Program-made: the position numbers and the translations under genes | Shown: positions 37,577 through 46,687 of the stretch, piece by piece | Layout: every line of letters starts with the position of its first letter | Numbering within the stretch: position 1 is the first letter of the stretch | Source of the DNA: Vicinamibacteria bacterium | Lineage (GTDB): Bacteria; Acidobacteriota; Vicinamibacteria; Vicinamibacterales; UBA8438 | Length of the DNA stretch: 64,000 nt | Assembly (NCBI GenBank): GCA_963579735.1 | Contig: CAUZIB010000005.1 | Coordinates: 6,463 to 70,462, forward strand | Direction: 5' to 3' | Notes under the pieces: generated by a model | The model's database searches: none | Told to the model about the DNA's origin: nothing | The model's input: only the letters and a program-made list of their open reading frames with translations

Positions 37577-38259
37577 ATTTCCTCCCCACGAAAAAAGTGA
37601 CGCGTTCCGGTCGTCATCGCGCGAAACCGGGTCCAGGCGCCGACCGCCATCACTTCCAGCACGTGGATGACGACAAAAAGCACGAACACGACGGTGCCAA
37701 GCGAATGGAGTGTACGAGCCGACTGCCGGCCGCCAAAGAGATCGAGCAGCCACGGCCAAGCGGCGGTGAAGCCGGGAGACTGCGCGAGCCCTGTTAGCCC
37801 CATGAGTGGCACGATGATAAAAATCAACACGAGATAGGAAATTTTTTGTAAGGAGCCGTAGTGCTCGTCCGGCCGGCTGGTCGCTGGCCACCGCATGTGC
37901 TCTCCGAGCTCGGACCACAGTCGCGTGAGCGTCAGGTCGCCTCGACCGGGTAACAAAGCCGACCGAAAATGGCCTCGAGCGATGTTCCAGGCCACGTAGA
38001 CCAGGCCGTTGATCACAAACACCCAGGCGAACGTGAAGTGATAGTTGCGGCCCCACATTCGATTTCCCAAGGCGCCCGCTTCATCCCAAGACAGTCCCCA
38101 GTCAGCGAGCCGGAAAATGGCGGGATAGCCCTGGTAGCCGGTGTGCCCCCAATACAGCTCCGGAAAGTCGAGAAAAATATGGATCCCGCTCAACAGAAGG
38201 TAGCCAGAGGCGATCACATTGATCCAATGGCAGAACCGGACGTTGAAAGAGTGCACCAT
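37573..38259 (-). CDS. Cytochrome b561 / Ni-hydrogenase-type b cytochrome membrane subunit
   Basis: RFCHWINV..., 4-5 TM helices with conserved His residues. Operonic with the Mo enzyme. Confidence 0.75.
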   Translation of the reverse strand: MVHSFNVRFCHWINVIASGYLLLSGIHIFLDFPELYWGHTGYQGYPAIFRLADWGLSWDEAGALGNRMWGRNYHFTFAWVFVINGLVYVAWNIARGHFRSALLPGRGDLTLTRLWSELGEHMRWPATSRPDEHYGSLQKISYLVLIFIIVPLMGLTGLAQSPGFTAAWPWLLDLFGGRQSARTLHSLGTVVFVLFVVIHVLEVMAVGAWTRFRAMTTGTRHFFRGEEI

Positions 38260-38560
38260 ACTTCGCCGCCTGCGTCGACACCCGCAACTCTAGCGTAGTT
38301 CGTCCGAAACTCGCGGCCTGAATCTGTGGTGTCCTGTCCTAGGGTCCTGGGTCAGTGAGACGTTACAAAACGTCCGGGCCGGGGCATCCCGTCTCGCGCC
38401 ATTGTTCCTCAGTCGCATTTGCCCAGTGTTGCCTCTCGTCGCGCCTTGCCAGCCGGGCGGCGCGCCCGGGACGTACGCAACGAATCACTGACCCGAGACA
38501 ATGGGAATATGACGTCTAGCCCCAAGGTCTCTACAATGACGAGAGGAAGGAGACTGGAGA

Positions 38561-39244
38561 ATGTGTAGAGCGACATCTCTGATAGCGGTAGCCGTCGTCG
38601 GGTTTGCGGTGGTGATGACCGAAACGGAAACGACGGTCGAAGCCGGCCAGACACCAGACGGCGCGCCGACTTTCGATGGGGAGTGGCGGCTGGCCGACGA
38701 GCTCAGCGACGGTCCCAATCCAACATCGTGGCGCGGGGAGAGAAGAGGGGGTGGCAATCGGCAGGGGAATGGCGGGTTTGGCGGCGGATTTGGTGGGTTT
38801 GGACGCCGAGGCGGCTTTGGGGGGCGACCTGACTACGGCCAACCAAGCCGGCGTGACAACCCGGCTGGAGAAAGAGCGGCGAGGCAGGGAGCCATTGAGG
38901 ACCTAACGACGGCCCCGCGGCGCATGACGATCACAACGGGACGGCGCGAGATCGAGCTGCGCTACAACGACGGTCGCGTTGTCAGGCTCATACCGGATGA
39001 CCGTGAGCACTCGGGCCTCGCCGGCACAGAGCTGGCGGTCAAGCGCGTCACATCATGGAAGGGTGAGATGTTGACCACCCAAATCGACGTCCAGACCCGT
39101 CAAAAGTTTCGAGTGCATCAGACCTATGCGCTCAGTCTCGAAGGAACGCGACTCACCGTGGCCTCGCGATACGAGGGCGACGGCGTCGGGGACGATGAGG
39201 ACCGCGAATTCCGCCAAGTCTACGAGCGGGTTTCGACAGAGTAA
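38561..39244 (+). CDS. Exported hypothetical protein with a Gly/Arg-rich linker
   Basis: GGAAGGAG ribosome-binding site, signal-like N-terminus, GGGNRQGNGGFGGGFGGFGRRGGFGG tract, then a beta-rich C-domain. Confidence 0.55.
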   Translation: MCRATSLIAVAVVGFAVVMTETETTVEAGQTPDGAPTFDGEWRLADELSDGPNPTSWRGERRGGGNRQGNGGFGGGFGGFGRRGGFGGRPDYGQPSRRDNPAGERAARQGAIEDLTTAPRRMTITTGRREIELRYNDGRVVRLIPDDREHSGLAGTELAVKRVTSWKGEMLTTQIDVQTRQKFRVHQTYALSLEGTRLTVASRYEGDGVGDDEDREFRQVYERVSTE

Positions 39245-39269
39245 GCGGTCGAACCCGCCGAGCAATGGG

Positions 39270-39990
39270 TTTAGTGGGCGATTGCGTAGCAGTCACGTCG
39301 AGGGTCTGCCGCCGGGATGTGTCTTTGAGCCCACCTGGTGACGGACCAAATGACCCCGTCGAATCGTCGGTGGTCTGGCCATCGTCGATATCGGCGACCC
39401 AGTAAGGCCAGTCGTCTATCTCGGGGTCATAGGGCAGCGGATCGCCAGCCTTGAAGGCGGCCGACGCGTGGTCGGGGTCGATCTCGGCTCCGCGCTTCCT
39501 GGCATACGCCTTTGACAGCAGCCCCGCAACCGGCACATCCACAAACTCCGGGTCCGCGTAATACGTGTCGCGGTCCGCGTAAGGCCAACTTCATCGCCTC
39601 AGTGATGGTGTGGACATAGTCCGGACTGTTGTGTCCCATCGCCTGGAGGTCGAACTGCTCGAGGATGTTGAGCGTCTGGAGAAGGACCGGTCCCTGACTC
39701 CCGAAGTCCTGCTTGTAGACCGTGTAGCCGCGATACTCAGCGTGCGTCGGCTCCTCGATTTTGGCGTAGAACTCGGCAAAGTCGCTCAGCTCGAACGGCG
39801 CTCCGTTGTCTTGGAGAAACGTCAGGTGCATCTCGGTGAACTGGAGCACTGCCTGGAACTGCGACTCGCCTTGAAGCGCGAGGTCTCCTGGCTCGATTAT
39901 TGTGTTGGTCTGCCGCGACGCCTCGCCGGCCAGGCGCGAGGAGGGAGCGCGTCGCCACGTCGTGCGGGAAACCGCGCGGCGACTGGTCTA
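39270..39990 (-). pseudogene. Gamma-glutamyltranspeptidase internal fragment, frameshifted
   Basis: YRGYTVYKQDFGSQGPVLLQTLNILEQFDL...EAMKLA, then (shift near 39585) ADRDTYYADPEFVDVPVAGLLSKAY. N-terminus and small subunit are missing. Confidence 0.7.
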
Positions 39991-40005
39991 GGGTCTGTCG
40001 GGACC

Positions 40006-41019
40006 CTAGCGTGCGACAACAGCCGGAAGGTAGTAGGGAGGGCTCCCGTGCAGGAAACCCTCAAGAAATTCTACGCGCGTGTCTATGGTCTGGCCGGCAT
40101 GTTCTCGCGTCGCGTCCCTCCACGCGCGCCAGTCTGGCCCGTTCCCACCAAGCCGCACCGCCCGGCCGGGTTGCAACGCCTGATAGTGCCCATAGCTCGC
40201 GTAGCGAGTCATCGTAATCAACTCGTCGTAGTCAGGACTCTCCTCGGTGCGGCCGGCCGCGCCTGGATATATGACCTTCCACTGCCCGATTGGACGGGCC
40301 CCAAGCTTTTCTTCGAACGGCCACACGCTCGCGACCGTCGCCGCGAGGAGTGCGTCGCCAGCGCCCTTGTGGATGCGCTCGTAGGCCAATGTCACAAGCT
40401 CCGTGCCGGTCCGAGCCGCAACGTCGTGCTGAATGGCAATCACGTCGCGGTCATCGCCGGACGGCACGCCGGGCAGGTAGATCGGCCGGGCGGTCGCGGT
40501 CGCGCCTTGCAGAAAATAGCCACCCCGCGAGCTTTCCTGAAACTCTCGACGGAGTTGTAGCGCGCGAATGTTCAGTTCTCGTGCGGGGCCGCTCCCGCCG
40601 AGGGTCGTCGACCGAGCACCACGCGTATCCTGCCAGTGCTCAAAGCTTGCGTAGCGCGCGAGACGATAGACATCGTCAAACTCGAAGTCCGTCTGGCCTT
40701 CCGGGTCCACAACCACCCACTGGCCGGTCATGCGCGCGCCAATCCGAGCGAACCACGGCCACACACCCGTTTCGCTCAGATGAAAGAAGGGTTCGTGCGA
40801 ACCCTTCAGTAGCCGATGGTGACGCAGCATCAGCACTTCATCGCTCGGCCCGAGCGGACGAGCGACCTCGTTTCGTATCGGAATCTGAACCGAGGGTTCC
40901 TGCGCGAACACGTCCCCATCACGATTGAACACACGGCCGTCGGCGACAAGCAGTGTCGCCAAGACCGCGACGATCCACCCGGCCGCGCCCCCCCAGGCTG
41001 TGACTTTAGTGAATGCCAT
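40006..41019 (-). CDS. Tandem NIPSNAP-like domain protein, N-terminal TM/signal
   Basis: AGGGAG ribosome-binding site, start MAFTKVTAWGG. Two repeats end in RLARYASFEHWQ and MTRYASYGHYQA. Confidence 0.55.
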   Translation of the reverse strand: MAFTKVTAWGGAAGWIVAVLATLLVADGRVFNRDGDVFAQEPSVQIPIRNEVARPLGPSDEVLMLRHHRLLKGSHEPFFHLSETGVWPWFARIGARMTGQWVVVDPEGQTDFEFDDVYRLARYASFEHWQDTRGARSTTLGGSGPARELNIRALQLRREFQESSRGGYFLQGATATARPIYLPGVPSGDDRDVIAIQHDVAARTGTELVTLAYERIHKGAGDALLAATVASVWPFEEKLGARPIGQWKVIYPGAAGRTEESPDYDELITMTRYASYGHYQALQPGRAVRLGGNGPDWRAWRDATREHAGQTIDTRVEFLEGFLHGSPPYYLPAVVAR

Positions 41020-41054
41020 GTCGTACTCCCTGTGTTCTCGCATCCCCTGAACGG

Positions 41055-41560
41055 CTAGCGAACCGTCGAGCCTAGTGCGGCCCGAGTGAAGACGGTCAGC
41101 ACGTCCAGGACGACGTCGTTATCGGCGCCACTCAGGTTTATCAACCCGACGATAACGACTCGTGTCTCAGGCTGGATGATAAGAAGCGACGCACCTCCAA
41201 CCGAACCACCGGCGTGAGACCACAGACGCCACCCGTCGGAATCGAGGCCAATAAACCAACCGAAACCGTATCCGATCGGTTCACCATCTCGCGTCTTCTA
41301 TTCGGTAAATAGAAGCTGTCTGGCGTCGTGGGATAAATAGCCTTCTCCGAGATGGGCGTTCCCAGACCGCAACACGTCTTCGGTTGTTGACAAAAACCCG
41401 CCACCCGCCGCGAGCCGTGATTGGGGTTCGTGCACAAACGGATGGGCACGAAGCGGGACACCGCGCGGTGCCTCGCCGGCCCACAGTGGTCCTCGGGAGC
41501 ACCATCTCTTTTTTTGCTCTCTCCACGACATCCGACACGTTCTCGTGCACCTAGGAGGTC
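41055..41560 (-). pseudogene. Beta-lactamase-related serine hydrolase C-terminal remnant, frameshifted
   Basis: GGGFLSTTEDVLR... in one frame and GEPIGYGFGWFIGLDSDGWRLWSHAGGSVGGASLLIIQPETRVVIVGLIN...* in another. The SxxK region is absent. Confidence 0.6.
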
Positions 41561-41702
41561 GACGGCACTAACACCCGAAACAGTATGAACTGTCTGACCC
41601 GCGGAGGCACGAAGGCGGGAGCCCGTTCTCGGCGAATGACGACTGCGAATTCCAGGCATCATCCCTGCCGAGCCGCATGACCTTCGACCAGCCTGACACA
41701 CG

Positions 41703-43139
41703 GTGAGTACACTGGACGAGCCGAGTCGCATCGGAAAACGTGCCATCTCATGCACCGTCTGTATCATCTTGCTCTTTTCTATCTGGCTGGGCTCGCTGAC
41801 CCACCACCGTGGACTGGTCAGATACGGCTCTAACTGCTACCTGCGGCAAGCCGCGTTCTTTGTCGAGAACCGCGGTGTCAGATCCCGTGGTCTCGTCGAG
41901 CCGGCCCCTTTTGCGGTGTGGCCGCTGGGATATCCGTTCGCTATCGCGGTCGTTTCACGTCTCACCACGCTTCCGGTCTTTTGGGCCGCCAAGGCCCTGA
42001 ACTCGTTGGTCGTCGGAATCGTCGTGCTGCTCGTGCGGGCACTACCCCGTACCGGCGGCGCGGCGTGCCTCGCGTTGCTATCCGCCGGCATGGTGAGCAT
42101 GTTCTCGTCCACCTTCGCCGAGGGTGTGTTTCGTCTCGCTCTCCTGGTGGTCGCGCTAACGGTGGCGCGACTCGTCGTACGACCCAGTGGGTCGGCGGCG
42201 CTGGGGTTGGCGATCACCTTCGGTAGCGCTTTTTCTATCCGCTACGTGGGAGCGGTGTTGGTCTGTCCCATCGTGGCGGCCTGGGCTTGGGCCCGCGTCG
42301 GCGGCCAGCCGAGAGGGACGAAGCTGCTCGCGGCGGCGCTCGTCGGTGGCGCGTCCCTTATCGGTGCCTACATGGTGCTCACATGGTGGATTGCGGGCTC
42401 GCTGCTCCCTCCCCGTGTTCCGCGGACCGAGAGCGTGGCGACCTTCCTCTATGAAACCACCAAAGCCTTCGTGGCAGAGGCCAACTTCGCGTTTCTCTAT
42501 ATACCCAACCCTCGTGACATCACTTCACTCGCGGTCGTCACTGGGGTCTTGATTCTCACCACGGTGGCAATCCTCGGTGTTTGGCGACAAGGAGCACGGT
42601 TACGTCAAGGACAACACTCCCTTCATCGTGAAGAACGAGTCACGCTGGTCGTCCTCGCGCTAGTCGGCGCCTTCTTCTGGGCGACCATGACCGTCTTGAA
42701 ATTCCGGGTGTATTTCAACCCTCTAGACTTTCGCCTTTTGGGCCCCAGAACGCTGCTCATGTCGGCGGCGGCATTCGGTGCCCTGGCGACGTTGGGAGTG
42801 TCTCAGCATCGGACGGCCATGACCGCGGTGGCGACGGTCATCGTCACGACGGTGATCCACTCCTGTCTCTACACGCCGTGGCAGGACTATCAGACCGATG
42901 GAGGGCTCTTTCCCGATCGGATGGAGACGATTCACCGCCGCTACGAGGATGTACCCGCTGGCTCGGTGATACTTCGAGGGTCTCTGCATTTGCTTTTTCT
43001 TCGACCCGATCTCCTGGTCGTTCCCCAAGAGCGGATTCGGTCACGCGAGTCCTTCGACAATCTTCGAGCCCAGGCTGTCCGCGCGGGACGACAGGTGTGG
43101 GTGGAACGTGATGGTCACCCACTACACGAGCCTCGGTGA
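41703..43139 (+). CDS. Polytopic membrane protein, GT-C (ArnT/PMT-like) glycosyltransferase fold; possibly 5'-truncated
   Basis: About 10 TM helices followed by a soluble C-terminal domain. GTG start and no clear first-loop acidic motif. Confidence 0.5.
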   Translation: MSTLDEPSRIGKRAISCTVCIILLFSIWLGSLTHHRGLVRYGSNCYLRQAAFFVENRGVRSRGLVEPAPFAVWPLGYPFAIAVVSRLTTLPVFWAAKALNSLVVGIVVLLVRALPRTGGAACLALLSAGMVSMFSSTFAEGVFRLALLVVALTVARLVVRPSGSAALGLAITFGSAFSIRYVGAVLVCPIVAAWAWARVGGQPRGTKLLAAALVGGASLIGAYMVLTWWIAGSLLPPRVPRTESVATFLYETTKAFVAEANFAFLYIPNPRDITSLAVVTGVLILTTVAILGVWRQGARLRQGQHSLHREERVTLVVLALVGAFFWATMTVLKFRVYFNPLDFRLLGPRTLLMSAAAFGALATLGVSQHRTAMTAVATVIVTTVIHSCLYTPWQDYQTDGGLFPDRMETIHRRYEDVPAGSVILRGSLHLLFLRPDLLVVPQERIRSRESFDNLRAQAVRAGRQVWVERDGHPLHEPR

Positions 43140-43744
43140 GTTCATCGATTGGCTCCAAGACCTGGACCCAGACGCGGTCATGTTCTTCGCCTACCAAGGC
43201 GAGGATCATCGAGAGGTCGTGAGGCGCAAAGCTCCAAAACACGTCCTCTTCGCGTCGGATCTTGCCCAGATTGAGGCGGTTGGAATAGAGATACTGCAGT
43301 GGGCCAAGCGTTCCCGCCCCGATCATGTCGCGTAGCGCGAGGAACGCTGGGTGATACTACAGGAGGTGCCCGACCATCAAGATACGGTTGGCTGACCGTG
43401 CCAGCGCGATCGTCCGACGAGCATCGTCGATCTCGAGCGCGAGCGGTTTTTCGACAAACACATGTTTGCCAGCCTGGAGCACTTCCTGCGCGAGTCCGGC
43501 GTGGACGACAGGCAGGGTGGCGAGTGCCACCGCCTCGACCTCTCGGGTGGCCAAGGCTCTTCGCCAGGACATCGCATCGACCCCTACTAGGTCGCTGGCC
43601 GAACGTCTCGGCTAACCCTTGTTCGGCGTCGACAACAACCCGGAGCGCCCCGAGCTCATGAAAATTTCGGGCAAGATTCCGACCCCAATAACCGCGACCA
43701 ACCACAGCCACCACGCGACCGTCTGTTCTGGTCATGGGCTTCAT
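43140..43744 (-). pseudogene. Gfo/Idh/MocA family oxidoreductase remnant (at least 2 frameshifts, 3'-truncated)
   Basis: VAVVGRGYWGRN (frame 1), AGKHVFVEKPLALEIDDA...MVGHLL (frame 2), LNLGKIRREEDVFWSFAPHDLSMIL (frame 3). Cut off where the convergent gene ends. Confidence 0.65.
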
Positions 43745-43914
43745 ATCGCTAGAGTATGAACGCTAAGCTCGGCAAGCGGACGCGCAACGCGGACCCGTGT
43801 GATCAGGTGGGCAGCGTCGTCTGTGCCGCCGGGGCGGAGCGGTGTCGACGTCGAGTAGTTGAGCCAGCACAACGACGCCGCAGCTAATATACTGCTGCCA
43901 TTCGCATCCCGCTG

Positions 43915-46539
43915 ATGCTCAGTATGCCATTTGCCTTTCGCGGCTACCCGGCGCTGGTTGCTCTGGGACTCGTGCTGGCCACCGTCTCAGTGGCCGTGGC
44001 GCAGGAAGAGGACAATACCGACGCGACGCTGGGTCCGCCCGCACTCTACGAAGCGCTACGCGAGACCGGTCTCGAGTATGCCGGGCGCATTCTCGGCGAG
44101 ACGGTGCTTGTCGACCGAATCACGTTGGAGCTGACCGAGGGAGATCTGTATCTGCTTCCCCAGCTCGACGAGCGCCGCACGATCGCTGTTTTCCTAGGGG
44201 ATGGGGCGATCCGGATCTATCCTCCCGACGGGGTCGAACACCAACAACTCGAGAAATTTATCGACGACGACGATTTCGTTGACGAGGAGTTCGATCGATT
44301 TATCTTATGGTTCGCCAGTGACATCGGCGACCAACTCCAGGCCTTGACCGCGCCCAAAGAGGAACGACCGGATCGTGGCCGCCGGGACGAGGACAAAGCC
44401 AACGACCTGCTTGGCGACCGCCGAACGCGCTTGATGAACGACCAGCTCGTCAATCCTGACAGCCGGCTACTCGTCGCACTCCTGGACCCGCCGAGCGACG
44501 CGACAAGAAGGACTGGCTCCAGCTTTTTCTATGCCGAGATCGACACGGACGACCACGGCTGGCTCACCGTCGAAATTGAACCCTACGAACAAGAGGAAGT
44601 GCGGGTCGTCCGTCATGACCGCCGACGGCGCATCACCGACACGTGGATGGGATTCCACGCCGTCGAGGACTTCGAACCTGACGAAAGAACCTCCGGCCTT
44701 GACGGGTTTCCACGGGACCCCGAGCGCGACGGCAAGCTGTATCACAGCGATGATGATGACGACGATGACTGGCACGCGGTCGACCTCGGGCTGTCGCTAC
44801 GACCGCGTTCGCCCACCAGCGAGCAATGGTCGCCGCGGCTCTCTATCCCTCGTACCGACGTCGACCTCAGCCTTGAAGCAAACGGTGATGCCGTCGCCAG
44901 TGCTGCCATCGTGGTCGAGGCCCGGGAGGCGATGACGGCATTCCAGCTACGCCTGTCGCCCGTGCTCGAGGTGACAGATGTTCGTTGGCGACCCGAAGTG
45001 CCCACCGGATTCGAAAACGTACGAGATGTTCCGTTGCTCACTGGGGAATCGGCAGAGCCAGACGAACCGCTCGGCCTGGTGGGAACGCGTCTGCATTTCG
45101 TGCAGGAAACTCATCGCCGGCGGATGGAAGAAGATCGCTACGAGCCGTGGATCACCGTGGTCTTACCTCGCATGGTCGCCGCCGGCGAACAATTCGTGCT
45201 GGAAGTCTCGTATGAAGGAGAACTGCTTGAAGACCCACCGTTCAGCGATCGGCTCCTGCTGAAAGACACGCTCTATTGGATGCCCCGGCATCCCGACAAC
45301 CGAAGGACACTCCTCAACCTGACCTACCGAGTGCCGCGACGCCGACGCATTGTCAGCGGAAGCGAGCTTATCGACGAGCAGGAAGTCGACGGCACCCGCA
45401 TCGCGCGCTGGGTCTCCGATAAGCCCATTCGAAGCATGTCATTCAACTTCGGTCAGTTCGATGTGACCGAAGTCGATGTCGAGGGCATGCCACCAATTTC
45501 CGTCTACGCCGACAAGAAGCACCTTGGCTTTGCCCCGGGCAACCTCGAGAAGACGATCGCAGACCTGACGGGTTCGGTCGAGACATACGAACAATACTTT
45601 GGCCCGTATCCCTTCCCCTCGCTACTACTCACCGAAACCCAGGCCTACAGCGGTCAGGCATTTCCGGGACTGGTGCTGCTCTCGTTTCAAGCGTTCGGCG
45701 GGCTCCATACCGGCGAGGAGGAATTTTTCCGCGCGCATGAAGTCGCCCATCAATGGTGGGGGGCGGCTGTGCACTGGGAGGGGTATCGGGACCAGTGGAT
45801 CTCGGAAGGCTTCGCGAACTACTCGGCCGCGCTCTACACCCAGATGCACTTGAAACGTGAGGACCGGTATCTCGAGATGCTGGATGCCTGGCGTCTAGAT
45901 GTCCTGGGTGAGGTCAACATGGGACAAGGACTGGGCTTGAGACACTATGGATTTCGCCCAGAGGTCATTCGTGAGAGTGACGGTCACAAGTCAGGACCGC
46001 TGGTGGTTGGCCATCGTCTGGTCACCGCGGAAGCTCCGATGGACTACCGGCTGCTCATCTATGAAAAGGGCGCCTATGTCCTCCACATGCTCCGCATGAT
46101 GCTCCTGGACCTTGACACGGGGAATGACGACAGATTCCGCGAGCTCATGCGGTCGTTTGTTGCCGACCATCAGCAGACGCCAGCGAGCACCCAGTCATTC
46201 GAGACCGCAGTGGCCAGCGTATTCGGTGAACCGATGGAGTGGTTCTTTGACCAGTGGGTATATGGCGTCGACGTGCCGACCTATCGCCCGGACCTTGACG
46301 TGGTCCGGACGATCGACCGCCCCGACCCGTATGTGCTCCACGGTCACATCCGACAGGACGATGTTCCCGACGGGTTTCGTATGCCGGTGCCCATCGTCAT
46401 CCGGTTCGACGAGCACCCACCGCTCAGCCAGCGGGTGTGGGTCGACGCCGAATCGGTCGAGGTCGAAATCCCGCTACCAGCCGAACCTTCCGACATCGAG
46501 TTCAACTACCATTATGGGGTTCTCGCCCGGGTCCGCTAG
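43915..46539 (+). CDS. M1-family zinc metallopeptidase (aminopeptidase N-like), secreted
   Basis: Signal peptide, then HEVAHQWWG ... WISEGFANY (HEXXH-E). Confidence 0.85.
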   Translation: MLSMPFAFRGYPALVALGLVLATVSVAVAQEEDNTDATLGPPALYEALRETGLEYAGRILGETVLVDRITLELTEGDLYLLPQLDERRTIAVFLGDGAIRIYPPDGVEHQQLEKFIDDDDFVDEEFDRFILWFASDIGDQLQALTAPKEERPDRGRRDEDKANDLLGDRRTRLMNDQLVNPDSRLLVALLDPPSDATRRTGSSFFYAEIDTDDHGWLTVEIEPYEQEEVRVVRHDRRRRITDTWMGFHAVEDFEPDERTSGLDGFPRDPERDGKLYHSDDDDDDDWHAVDLGLSLRPRSPTSEQWSPRLSIPRTDVDLSLEANGDAVASAAIVVEAREAMTAFQLRLSPVLEVTDVRWRPEVPTGFENVRDVPLLTGESAEPDEPLGLVGTRLHFVQETHRRRMEEDRYEPWITVVLPRMVAAGEQFVLEVSYEGELLEDPPFSDRLLLKDTLYWMPRHPDNRRTLLNLTYRVPRRRRIVSGSELIDEQEVDGTRIARWVSDKPIRSMSFNFGQFDVTEVDVEGMPPISVYADKKHLGFAPGNLEKTIADLTGSVETYEQYFGPYPFPSLLLTETQAYSGQAFPGLVLLSFQAFGGLHTGEEEFFRAHEVAHQWWGAAVHWEGYRDQWISEGFANYSAALYTQMHLKREDRYLEMLDAWRLDVLGEVNMGQGLGLRHYGFRPEVIRESDGHKSGPLVVGHRLVTAEAPMDYRLLIYEKGAYVLHMLRMMLLDLDTGNDDRFRELMRSFVADHQQTPASTQSFETAVASVFGEPMEWFFDQWVYGVDVPTYRPDLDVVRTIDRPDPYVLHGHIRQDDVPDGFRMPVPIVIRFDEHPPLSQRVWVDAESVEVEIPLPAEPSDIEFNYHYGVLARVR

Positions 46540-46645
46540 CCGCCCGCGCCCCCGGGACATCAACGACCGGGCGTCCTTGACACACATCAGGCCGCCAGCC
46601 GACAATCGACGCTTAGTAGAGCCGTGTCCTTGGGGGACGGGCTGA

Positions 46646-46668
46646 CTGCCTCGTGGGCAGGCTTTTTT
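46646..46668 (+). terminator. Possible rho-independent terminator
   Basis: CTGCC-TCGTG-GGCAG hairpin followed by GCTTTTTT. Confidence 0.4.
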
Positions 46669-46687
46669 CTGAGGCACATCTCCGCGG

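Noticed and set aside
44745-44772. Considered whether the GAT/GAC run is a simple-sequence repeat
   Set aside because: It encodes an in-frame poly-Asp tract (HSDDDDDDDW) within the M1 peptidase N-terminal region. It is coding low complexity, not a separate element.
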